Part shown: positions 1 to 6,847 of the stretch, piece after piece
How positions within the stretch are numbered: position 1 is the stretch's first letter
Layout of the letters: every line of letters begins with the position of its first letter
Virus record (IMG/VR): IMGVR_UViG_3300042553_000326
Coordinates: 1 to 64,000 of that record
Reading direction: 5' to 3' (one strand)
Origin: a virus
Length of the DNA: 64,000 nucleotides
Position numbers and translations under genes: made by a program
Notes under the pieces: model-generated
What the model was told of the DNA's origin: nothing
Database searches by the model: none
Seen by the model: only the letters and a program-made list of their open reading frames with translations

Positions 1-30
1 TGTTGTCTATTTTTTATTATATTTTAAATA

Positions 31-102
<72 letters not shown>

Positions 103-107
103 ATTAA

Positions 108-305
108 TCAAGGGTTCTGCTGTTGCTGTTTCATCAGCTCAGTATTACGCTTGTGACTCTCTTCCATCCTTCTTAGGGACATTTCCAAGCTGTACAACGA
201 TGTTGCAACTTCGAGGAAAGATACCGTTGAAGTACTCGAGACCCAGGCCCAGAAACCTTTTCGTTTCTTTTGCTTAGGCTCTTCTTTGCTACCCTTCTCA
301 GCCAC
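108..305 (-). CDS. Hypothetical protein (65 aa)
   Basis: Overlaps the stop of the upstream ORF; last gene before the hairpin/poly(T). Confidence 0.6.
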   Translation of the reverse strand: MAEKGSKEEPKQKKRKGFWAWVSSTSTVSFLEVATSLYSLEMSLRRMEESHKRNTELMKQQQQNP

Positions 306-642
306 GATTCTGCATCCGCTTCGGCAGCTGCGAATTCCACCAGTCCTTCATTTTCTGTTTCACCGGACGATTCTTCCAGGCCAGTTCCTTTTCAAGCTCG
401 GCATTGCGGAGTGTCAGCTGCTGGACACGCGCATCGCTTTTCTTCAGAAGCTCAGCTTCGACCGTGGTGTTCGTGAGCTTGTGAACCAGCGCATGGGTCG
501 CTTCCATCGCAGAACCTTCAGCCTTCGCCTCCATGCTGACGAAGGTGACGCCCAGAAGCAGAACAGACACGGTTGCCAATGTCGCAACAACGGTGCCAAT
601 ACCCTGAAGCATGTTACCGACAGTTTCGAGAATCTTTTTCAT
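298..642 (-). CDS. Hypothetical membrane-anchored coiled-coil protein
   Basis: ATG at 642 preceded by AAGGAAAGG; N-terminal hydrophobic stretch followed by a coiled-coil-like segment. Confidence 0.65.
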   Translation of the reverse strand: MKKILETVGNMLQGIGTVVATLATVSVLLLGVTFVSMEAKAEGSAMEATHALVHKLTNTTVEAELLKKSDARVQQLTLRNAELEKELAWKNRPVKQKMKDWWNSQLPKRMQNRG

Positions 643-1055
643 TTTGCTGCCTTTCCTTTCTTGGATGGGATATACATGCAAACACGCTTTTCACGTGCAC
701 AACGTTCGAAGAACAACTCCTTTGCTTCTTTGATGCGTAACGCTTTCACCTCTACCTTCTCACTATTGAAGGTGACGATCAACCTCTCGGTCTCGCCTGT
801 CTTCTCAAAGTGATAATGGCTGGAGTCGATGCTGGCGTAGGCTTCCATCAATGCCTCGAAGTTCCTGTCAGAAAACGGGATCGTTTGTCCCATTTCCTTC
901 GAGATATTCTTGGCCATCTGTACAGCTGCCTTCAGGGACTCCCTTTCAGCGTCCTCAATCTGCGAGGCCTGGGAGACTTCAAAGCTGCGTACTTCACCAG
1001 CGCCTGCTGCATTACTTACGGCGAGTGCAATCAACATCAAAACCAGTGCAACCAT
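639..1055 (-). CDS. Hypothetical protein with signal peptide
   Basis: AAGGAG RBS before ATG 1055; MVALVLMLIALAVSNAAGA resembles a signal peptide. Confidence 0.65.
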   Translation of the reverse strand: MVALVLMLIALAVSNAAGAGEVRSFEVSQASQIEDAERESLKAAVQMAKNISKEMGQTIPFSDRNFEALMEAYASIDSSHYHFEKTGETERLIVTFNSEKVEVKALRIKEAKELFFERCAREKRVCMYIPSKKGKAAK

Positions 1056-1471
1056 GATCCTCTCCTTCTTTGTTTGAAATCTAAAAGTACTCTTTCGAAT
1101 ACACTTAGATTTCCCCACTGAGTTTTCAATGGGGTGCCCTACATCCGATGACAAGGCTCTGCCAGTCCAATTTTCGCGGCGGATGCTTCGACGAACCTTA
1201 TGTTAGCAAATATACTACCATCTCCCATATTGGACGTATGAGATACTCTCGTGTATCTGGTCTATTGTAAAACCTAATGTCAAGCTTCTGACAGTTCGGT
1301 CCACTGTTGTAATAGACAACTCGCAGTGTATCGTTACAGGTTGATTGTGAACCGCTTTCTAGTTTAAAGTCGTTTTCGGACTAAGGTGAGTTTACTCTAT
1401 AACAGGCTACATCTATCTTGGCCCTTTGCCCAAAGGGGTTGCGCCTATTTAACCCATAGGTGGGTACTTCA

Positions 1472-1714
1472 CTACGACCAACTGATGCCGTAGGCGTTAC
1501 TGCCGAGGTCAACCACTTTGTATCCCAGACCCTCCAGCAATTCCCTGCACAACGGCCAGACATCTCCCGCTACTGTTATACGATCAATTTCGATCGCAGT
1601 AGTAGTGCAACCCGCCTTGGCAAGTCTCTCGACCTTATCCAAGATGTTATGCGTGCAGGCATTGACTGCGATATTCTTCCTGGCCAATTCTTTTGCTGCG
1701 GCAGCTGTAAGCAT
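1472..1714 (-). CDS. Hypothetical protein (80 aa)
   Basis: AAGGAG RBS; directly downstream of promoter motif 1747-1773. Confidence 0.7.
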   Translation of the reverse strand: MLTAAAAKELARKNIAVNACTHNILDKVERLAKAGCTTTAIEIDRITVAGDVWPLCRELLEGLGYKVVDLGSNAYGISWS

Positions 1715-1746
1715 TTGAATCTCCTTTGGGTTAGGGTATTGTTTCT

Positions 1747-1773
1747 TTCATATAAGATACCCAAAAACCCGCA
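1747..1773 (-). promoter_or_regulatory. Putative phage-RNAP promoter, copy 1 (TGCGG-N7-GGTATCTTATATGAA)
   Basis: 15-bp core identical at 4 intergenic sites, each just upstream of a gene start. Confidence 0.8.
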
Positions 1774-1775
1774 GT

Positions 1776-2075
1776 TTAGCCTGTGGCGAATTCGTGGATT
1801 TCCTTCGTGCTTTTGAAGCCATGCCGCAAAGCCTGTTGCAACAGCCGCGCATCGTACTCGCGCTTTGCCGAGGTCTTGACAGCCTCGAAGAACTTCTTTG
1901 CCGACTTGTAGTCAGCGAAGGAACACAGCGTGCTCCCTTCTGAGAAGTTCACCCTGCCGTCGAAAGACAGGCGGTCCTCTTCGTGATACACCCTGTAAAC
2001 GCGGTCAAGATCGACAGTGAGTACTAGGTTTTCTTCCTTGAGACTGTTAAACCACTTCTTCAGCGTAGCTTTCAT
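1776..2075 (-). CDS. Hypothetical protein (99 aa)
   Basis: AGGAG RBS; tight operon packing. Confidence 0.7.
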   Translation of the reverse strand: MKATLKKWFNSLKEENLVLTVDLDRVYRVYHEEDRLSFDGRVNFSEGSTLCSFADYKSAKKFFEAVKTSAKREYDARLLQQALRHGFKSTKEIHEFATG

Positions 2076-2077
2076 CT

Positions 2078-2245
2078 TTACTCTCCTGTACAGAAATGAA
2101 GGTTACTTAGAATTTCCTTGCGCGGCTTTCCATTCAACTCGTGCGCATCTCTGATATAGCCTAGTTGAATAAGCTCATCGACTTCCCAGTCTCTGAGTAC
2201 AAGCCCTTCGCAATCGAGTACTATAAATTCGACGCCACTCCACAT
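2078..2245 (-). CDS. Small hypothetical protein (55 aa, MWSGVEFIVLDCEG...)
   Basis: Translated by hand; AAAGGAG RBS; first ORF after promoter 2273-2299. Confidence 0.55.
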   Translation of the reverse strand: MWSGVEFIVLDCEGLVLRDWEVDELIQLGYIRDAHELNGKPRKEILSNLHFCTGE

Positions 2246-2272
2246 GTGAATCTCCTTTGACGGTTGTTTCTA

Positions 2273-2299
2273 TTCATATAAGATACCTGCTTTTGCGCA
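2273..2299 (-). promoter_or_regulatory. Putative phage-RNAP promoter, copy 2 (TGCGC-N7-GGTATCTTATATGAA)
   Basis: Same core as copies 1, 3 and 4. Confidence 0.8.
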
Positions 2300-2313
2300 G
2301 TTTACCTTATATG

Positions 2314-2341
2314 AAAACCCTGCCAATCTACCTGGGCAGGA
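2314..2341 (-). terminator. Putative intrinsic terminator
   Basis: CCTGCC...GGCAGG hairpin followed by TTTT on the minus strand, after ORF 2350-2604. Confidence 0.5.
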
Positions 2342-2349
2342 TCAGGTTT

Positions 2350-2604
2350 TTAACCGACACGGGCTGAAATCAAATTACTCATCGACTCCTGGTGATCCTT
2401 GTTGGCATCGAACAACAGCTTGAATCGCTGCCCGGTCCTGGTATTCACCATGATGATGTACGCAGGATCTTCCTCACCCACATGCTTATCAAACATGGCA
2501 GTCCAACGCCCGCTGACTTGCACGCCCATGCTGTACAAGTCATGTTGGAATGGATTGCAGTCAGCAGGCAGTGGATCCATTTGAATCATTTGCGGCAACT
2601 TCAT
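2350..2604 (-). CDS. Hypothetical protein
   Basis: AAGGAG RBS before ATG 2604. Confidence 0.7.
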   Translation of the reverse strand: MKLPQMIQMDPLPADCNPFQHDLYSMGVQVSGRWTAMFDKHVGEEDPAYIIMVNTRTGQRFKLLFDANKDHQESMSNLISARVG

Positions 2605-2615
2605 GTGACTCTCCT

Positions 2616-2963
2616 TCAGCAATGGTTGTAGGTCATATGATCAGCGTACTCTACCGGTACCCACCACGCGCTAGGCGTAAGACCTCGCTCACGCAATTCA
2701 TACTGTGGGCCAGCGGTAGGTTGATTCCGAAGACGAGGCTGATCAATCAAACCGTCCTCAATCAGTCGCTTGGCAATCGTCTCGGCCATAGCGGGATACC
2801 TGCGCCAGTACACTTCTTTGTAAGCATCAAGCACACTACGAAAGTCCTCCGGTGTTGCACACATCGTTGACGTCGTAATCTTTGCAACGTCTTCGTACTG
2901 CACAGTGCCTTCTGCGATTGCCTTGACACAGTTGGACAGCGATGTTCCAATCAGTTTGCTCAC
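2616..2963 (-). CDS. Hypothetical protein (115 aa)
   Basis: AAGGAG RBS, GTG start. Confidence 0.7.
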   Translation of the reverse strand: MSKLIGTSLSNCVKAIAEGTVQYEDVAKITTSTMCATPEDFRSVLDAYKEVYWRRYPAMAETIAKRLIEDGLIDQPRLRNQPTAGPQYELRERGLTPSAWWVPVEYADHMTYNHC

Positions 2964-2981
2964 TTCTGTTCTCCTTCTAGG

Positions 2982-3176
2982 TTAGGGGTAAGTCTTGATA
3001 AACCAACCGACGTTCTTGCGCCACATAATCTTACTGCCGTCCTTCAGTAGAAACTCACCTGCGTCCTTCCTGCAAATGCGAATCATCTTATTGACGTTAC
3101 CTTCAAAACAGAAAGGTCTATCGCCCATGTTCTCGGCGATGAAACATGCGGCTGCGAAACTAATGTAGATATTCAT
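2982..3176 (-). CDS. Hypothetical protein (64 aa)
   Basis: GAGG RBS. Confidence 0.6.
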   Translation of the reverse strand: MNIYISFAAACFIAENMGDRPFCFEGNVNKMIRICRKDAGEFLLKDGSKIMWRKNVGWFIKTYP

Positions 3177-3241
3177 GTTTTCCTCACTTAATAAATTACG
3201 GAATACGCTTTCGCATACTCCGGGTTTATTAATTGAAAGGA

Positions 3242-3553
3242 CTAGCTGAGCTGCTTGATGTGCTCAACCTGCAGGACACGATTGCTGACACCATGTTTCG
3301 TCTTCGCGGTGTGAGTACGCTTGAACTCCTTCCAGGTAACAGGAGTCAGCTCGCCGAACTGTGCAGCACATTGTTTGCGGAGCGCGTCACGTGCAGTACC
3401 ACGAGGTGTAGTAACACGGCTGGACTTCTTTGCAACGGCCTTGATCATTCTGACCTTCTTACGCTTGGCATTGATCTCCCAACGCTTAGCACCCTTGTAG
3501 GCCTCATTCGCCTTGGACTTCTTGTTCCTACCTGCCTTGTCACAACCGGCCAT
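3242..3553 (-). CDS. Small highly basic (Lys/Arg-rich) protein, possibly nucleic-acid binding
   Basis: AAGGAG RBS; strongly K/R-rich composition. Confidence 0.6.
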   Translation of the reverse strand: MAGCDKAGRNKKSKANEAYKGAKRWEINAKRKKVRMIKAVAKKSSRVTTPRGTARDALRKQCAAQFGELTPVTWKEFKRTHTAKTKHGVSNRVLQVEHIKQLS

Positions 3554-4028
3554 CTTGATTTCTCCTTTTGTAAAAGATGTGATTATTCACAACTAATGCT
3601 ACATCGAAATGTTTAGCCCACTGAGGCTTCACATGTTTGGCATGAAAGAACAATGCCCCATCTGTAATATCTTCTGTTGCATTTACTGCATACTGCACGA
3701 TATGCTTTGCCTGTTGCCAAGCTTGCGTATCTAATACTCGCTTCTCTACTGCTGTCCAGCTAAACTGTGACTCCTGATAAACAACATCGCAGATATCACT
3801 TGGGAAACCTTTAGCCTTTACTCTATTCAATGTTACCATTGCCACTGCTTCCATACCGATGAAGCCCTCACCTCTAGCTTCGTGATACAGATTCTTAGCT
3901 AAACAATCTAGCTCTCTCTGTGAGTACTTCACAGTGGTGGCCTCTACTGTCCTTGTAACGACAGGTACAGAGACCATTGTAGTAGCCATTGGAAAGAATA
4001 CCAACGCTACGAAGGTTAGAAACCTCAT
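3540..4028 (-). CDS. Cell wall hydrolase, SleB/Hydrolase_2 family
   Basis: CLAKNLYHEARGE, AVAMVTLNRV, ICDVVYQ..QFSW, TDGALFFHA, NHIFY motifs; N-terminal signal/TM segment. Confidence 0.92.
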   Translation of the reverse strand: MRFLTFVALVFFPMATTMVSVPVVTRTVEATTVKYSQRELDCLAKNLYHEARGEGFIGMEAVAMVTLNRVKAKGFPSDICDVVYQESQFSWTAVEKRVLDTQAWQQAKHIVQYAVNATEDITDGALFFHAKHVKPQWAKHFDVALVVNNHIFYKRRNQDGRL

Positions 4029-4051
4029 TACAGTTCTCCTCTATATCTTCC

Positions 4052-4078
4052 TTCATATAAGATACCATATTTGCCGCA
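4052..4078 (-). promoter_or_regulatory. Putative phage-RNAP promoter, copy 3 (TGCGG-N7-GGTATCTTATATGAAG)
   Basis: Conserved motif just downstream of the lysis-operon terminator and upstream of the SleB gene. Confidence 0.8.
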
Positions 4079-4079
4079 A

Positions 4080-4111
4080 AACAATTACCCCCAGGAGGGG
4101 TCTCCTAGGGG
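4080..4111 (-). terminator. Terminator ending the late/lysis operon
   Basis: CCCCTAGGAG-ACCC-CTCCTGGGG hairpin then TAATTGTTTT; near-identical hairpin at 53079-53099. Confidence 0.7.
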
Positions 4112-4117
4112 CCAAAA

Positions 4118-4303
4118 TTAAGATATCGTCTTTTTAGCGGCAGTAACAGAAGGATATTTTAGCTTTCGCCAACGCTTTAAAACTTCTTGCATCTCTACAG
4201 TAGGTTGCAGATTATGTCGTCTACAAAATTCTAAGGCGTAGGCAGACTCATTGGATAATATAGCTTTCTCAATAAGTTGTTTGTCGCATAAAGACTTTAT
4301 CAT
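4118..4303 (-). CDS. Hypothetical protein (61 aa)
   Basis: ATGA overlap with the endolysin stop. Confidence 0.55.
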   Translation of the reverse strand: MIKSLCDKQLIEKAILSNESAYALEFCRRHNLQPTVEMQEVLKRWRKLKYPSVTAAKKTIS

Positions 4304-4653
4304 TTAGTACGTCTCTCAAAGTGGGGCAGATCTTTGAAGTTAGACTTACCAGCCTCTATAAGACCTCTCCAGGATCCGCCCCATCTATTGCGCTCGTTGA
4401 GTGATTCCCAGAACTTACCCAGATACTCTGGATAGCAGATGACACCGTCCTTGGTGAAGTGAATGTCTATAGCACACTTATTAAGGTGCTCGGAATCCAT
4501 TGTCTTGGATTTACCAGTCTGTACATATATGATTTGCATATCTGTAGGACGCCATAGTTCACCACCACGCATCTTATAACCACATCGCAGAGCCTCAGCG
4601 CCCAGAATCAGCACATCCTCCATGAATGCTTCTTGATGTTCACCTAGTTTCAT
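4300..4653 (-). CDS. Endolysin, M15 L-alanyl-D-glutamate peptidase type
   Basis: R...Q, GKSKTMDSEH...AID, RWGGSW, DLPHFE zinc-peptidase motifs; lysis cassette position. Confidence 0.9.
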   Translation of the reverse strand: MKLGEHQEAFMEDVLILGAEALRCGYKMRGGELWRPTDMQIIYVQTGKSKTMDSEHLNKCAIDIHFTKDGVICYPEYLGKFWESLNERNRWGGSWRGLIEAGKSNFKDLPHFERRTK

Positions 4654-5201
4654 TTTGTTGCCAGAGACCTGATAGTGTCATCCTTACCTTGCGACTTAGC
4701 GGATGACCCTCTATGGAAGTTCAACACTGTGCCACTCATAGTAACAAGTGAGCCGAACACCATATATGCGATCTCTTTATTCTCAACAGGAATCTTAAGC
4801 ATGAACAAGGCAAATGCCATAATAACTGTTGCAGCAACAATCAAAAAGTCTAGGTAATAAGCAGCTTCTTTTACAAATCTAGTTGTATTCTCCGTTTGCT
4901 GAATACTAGTATTCGCAACACGAGCACCCTGAGTATTATCATTCGCAACTTTGACACCCTCAAGCTCCAATTCAGCTTTATCTTGCGCTGCCTTAATAAG
5001 AAACTGTTCGTGATCAGTCTCGATCTGTTTCCACTTCAATGCATTATCTGTGATATCCTTAGCATCAAGCTTGACACCAAGCTTCTCCTCAATCACAGCT
5101 TCGCCTTTAGCCATTACAGCATTACCAAGAAGGGTCAAACCTTTCTCAAATAGAGCCGATACTATAGGCGACAATGCCATTCCAATTAATGGAGCAACCA
5201 T
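4650..5201 (-). CDS. Putative holin
   Basis: Two C-terminal TM helices followed by NFHRGSS..S.GKD; directly upstream of the endolysin. Confidence 0.65.
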   Translation of the reverse strand: MVAPLIGMALSPIVSALFEKGLTLLGNAVMAKGEAVIEEKLGVKLDAKDITDNALKWKQIETDHEQFLIKAAQDKAELELEGVKVANDNTQGARVANTSIQQTENTTRFVKEAAYYLDFLIVAATVIMAFALFMLKIPVENKEIAYMVFGSLVTMSGTVLNFHRGSSAKSQGKDDTIRSLATK

Positions 5202-5204
5202 TAT

Positions 5205-5639
5205 TTATTTTCCTAAAGGATTTGGTAAATGCATTATTTCTGGTGTATGTCCATTCCACCAGAACACAAATATAGCTATTACTACAAGCATTAGAACCCA
5301 TGTAGATTTCTTACCTAGTTCTAAAGTCATTTGCTCATAGAAAGATGCTGTAGTTTCCTTCTTCCTTATCTCCGCATCGATCCAATTTTTCCTTAACTTG
5401 ATCTCTTCAAGCGTTCCCAATGAGTCAAATATCTTATCCTCATGTGCAATGTGCGGAATAAGAATCCTAGCAATATTGTTAAGACCGTGTAGAAGTAATT
5501 TGTCTACATTCCGTCGATCTCCACAGAGGAATAAATCAATCTCCTCACTAGAATAAATCTTTACACTCTCTTCAGGTTTTACAGTCGATACTGTCTCCTT
5601 AACTTGTACCATGTTCATCTCTATCGTTGATGTGGCCAA
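5205..5639 (-). CDS. Single-TM membrane protein of the lysis cassette (holin/antiholin candidate)
   Basis: C-terminal TM helix WVLMLVVIAIFVFWW. Confidence 0.55.
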   Translation of the reverse strand: MATSTIEMNMVQVKETVSTVKPEESVKIYSSEEIDLFLCGDRRNVDKLLLHGLNNIARILIPHIAHEDKIFDSLGTLEEIKLRKNWIDAEIRKKETTASFYEQMTLELGKKSTWVLMLVVIAIFVFWWNGHTPEIMHLPNPLGK

Positions 5640-6055
5640 GGGGCCTTATAGTCGAAAGACTTGACATAGTGCCAAGGCTCACCTTTTTCAAACCCAGATA
5701 AGCTAATGGGGATCATGTTAACTTCATTTTGATGCATCACAAATGGATGATTGCAATCTGAGTAGTAACCGTGAGAGTACGCCGCAAGGTGGTATCCTCC
5801 GCTAGCACCTGTTGGAACCCAGCAGAATAACAACTGCGAGGGAATACCATGTTGTCTACAGAAGTGCCTGATGATGAGCGCGAAGTCATCACAATCACCT
5901 TTGTACTTCCCAATATTCGCCATCGCAATGATATCCTGTGAAGTCACCCAGTACTCTGGAGTAGCCCATAATTTGGCATCACTAATGTATTCGAAGTTAT
6001 CGTACGTTTCTCGGTGTATCTCCTCTAGCTTGTTCGTCTGTTCAGCAGTCAACAT
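5621..6055 (-). CDS. Transglutaminase-like cysteine peptidase (BTLCP/C93-like)
   Basis: YISD...W..PEYW, GDCDDFAL (catalytic Cys), GYHLAA (His), downstream Asp. Confidence 0.85.
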   Translation of the reverse strand: MLTAEQTNKLEEIHRETYDNFEYISDAKLWATPEYWVTSQDIIAMANIGKYKGDCDDFALIIRHFCRQHGIPSQLLFCWVPTGASGGYHLAAYSHGYYSDCNHPFVMHQNEVNMIPISLSGFEKGEPWHYVKSFDYKAPWPHQR

Positions 6056-6158
6056 CTTGTTTACACCCTATAGGCGTCGGTGCAATATCACCAGTTTCTA
6101 ATTGCACAGGTAGGTGATTACAGCCTGCAATAAATAAGACCAGTATCAATTTGTACAC
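6042..6158 (-). CDS. Small lipoprotein (38 aa, MYKLILVLFIAG-CNHLPVQLETGDIAPTPIGCKQDVDC)
   Basis: Translated by hand; GGAGG RBS, GTG start, lipobox IAGC. Confidence 0.75.
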   Translation of the reverse strand: MYKLILVLFIAGCNHLPVQLETGDIAPTPIGCKQDVDC

Positions 6159-6173
6159 GACGCCTCCATTTTG

Positions 6174-6452
6174 TTAAGCAGGTACTTCTGCGTTTTTCGA
6201 CTGTTCGGCAGTCTTCAGTTGCTCAGAGATCTTACCTAATAGAACGAATGCACCGGATTTGGTAGGCAATTCGTTAAGCAGGTTGATGATGAATTGGAGT
6301 TGCGAATCTTCTACAGATAACTCAGATTTGTTATCATTGATATTCTGAATGAATTGCATAAGCAAGGGATAACTATTGCTCTTTGTAGGCAGCTCGCCAA
6401 CGACATTAGCAATAAATTCAATTTCCTTGCGATCAAGATTTAAGGTTACCAT
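6174..6452 (-). CDS. Hypothetical protein downstream of tail fibres (fibre chaperone candidate), with internal duplication
   Basis: ELPTKS motif occurs twice; position after the fibre genes. Confidence 0.6.
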   Translation of the reverse strand: MVTLNLDRKEIEFIANVVGELPTKSNSYPLLMQFIQNINDNKSELSVEDSQLQFIINLLNELPTKSGAFVLLGKISEQLKTAEQSKNAEVPA

Positions 6453-6781
6453 GGTTTTCCTATTGTGGTTATTGGTTCAAACAAGTTATCTACTTCAGAT
6501 TCTAATTTTGCTTCTAATTGTGATACAGTCTCGGCTGTCAAAACATCTTTCAGCCAAGCCACTACAACTTCTTCAGTGAGTGCCTCGTATGCTACGAAAT
6601 CTGGAGACTCAGGGTCAGCTGTAGGTAATACTTGAGTCCCAATTGCTGCAGCACTCTTCGTTACAGACTCAGAGTCCACATCGCGTGTCTCGGACACAGT
6701 TACACGCCAGTCAACGCGAGTAACCACACCTGTGGCTATCTCACGTACTAGATTTTCTACTTTCCATTCAGTGCTCTTCAT
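6446..6781 (-). CDS. Putative tail-fibre assembly/associated protein
   Basis: W.V...R...GVV..V.W and FVAYEALTEE.V..W...GKPW pattern; follows the fibre genes. Confidence 0.6.
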   Translation of the reverse strand: MKSTEWKVENLVREIATGVVTRVDWRVTVSETRDVDSESVTKSAAAIGTQVLPTADPESPDFVAYEALTEEVVVAWLKDVLTAETVSQLEAKLESEVDNLFEPITTIGKPW

Positions 6782-6800
6782 TATGTACCTTTGAGTATTG

Positions 6801-6830
6801 AAAACGGTACCCCAAACTGTGAGGTACCGT
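6801..6830 (-). terminator. Intrinsic terminator after tail fibre 2
   Basis: ACGGTACC...GGTACCGT followed by TTTT. Confidence 0.65.
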
Positions 6831-6847
6831 GTCCATTAAGTTAACAG

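Noticed and set aside
1747-1773. Reading the repeated motif as a host sigma70 or sigma54 promoter
   Set aside because: TGCGG to TATCTT spacing is only 9 bp and conservation extends through the presumed start site, unlike sigma promoters; not formally excluded
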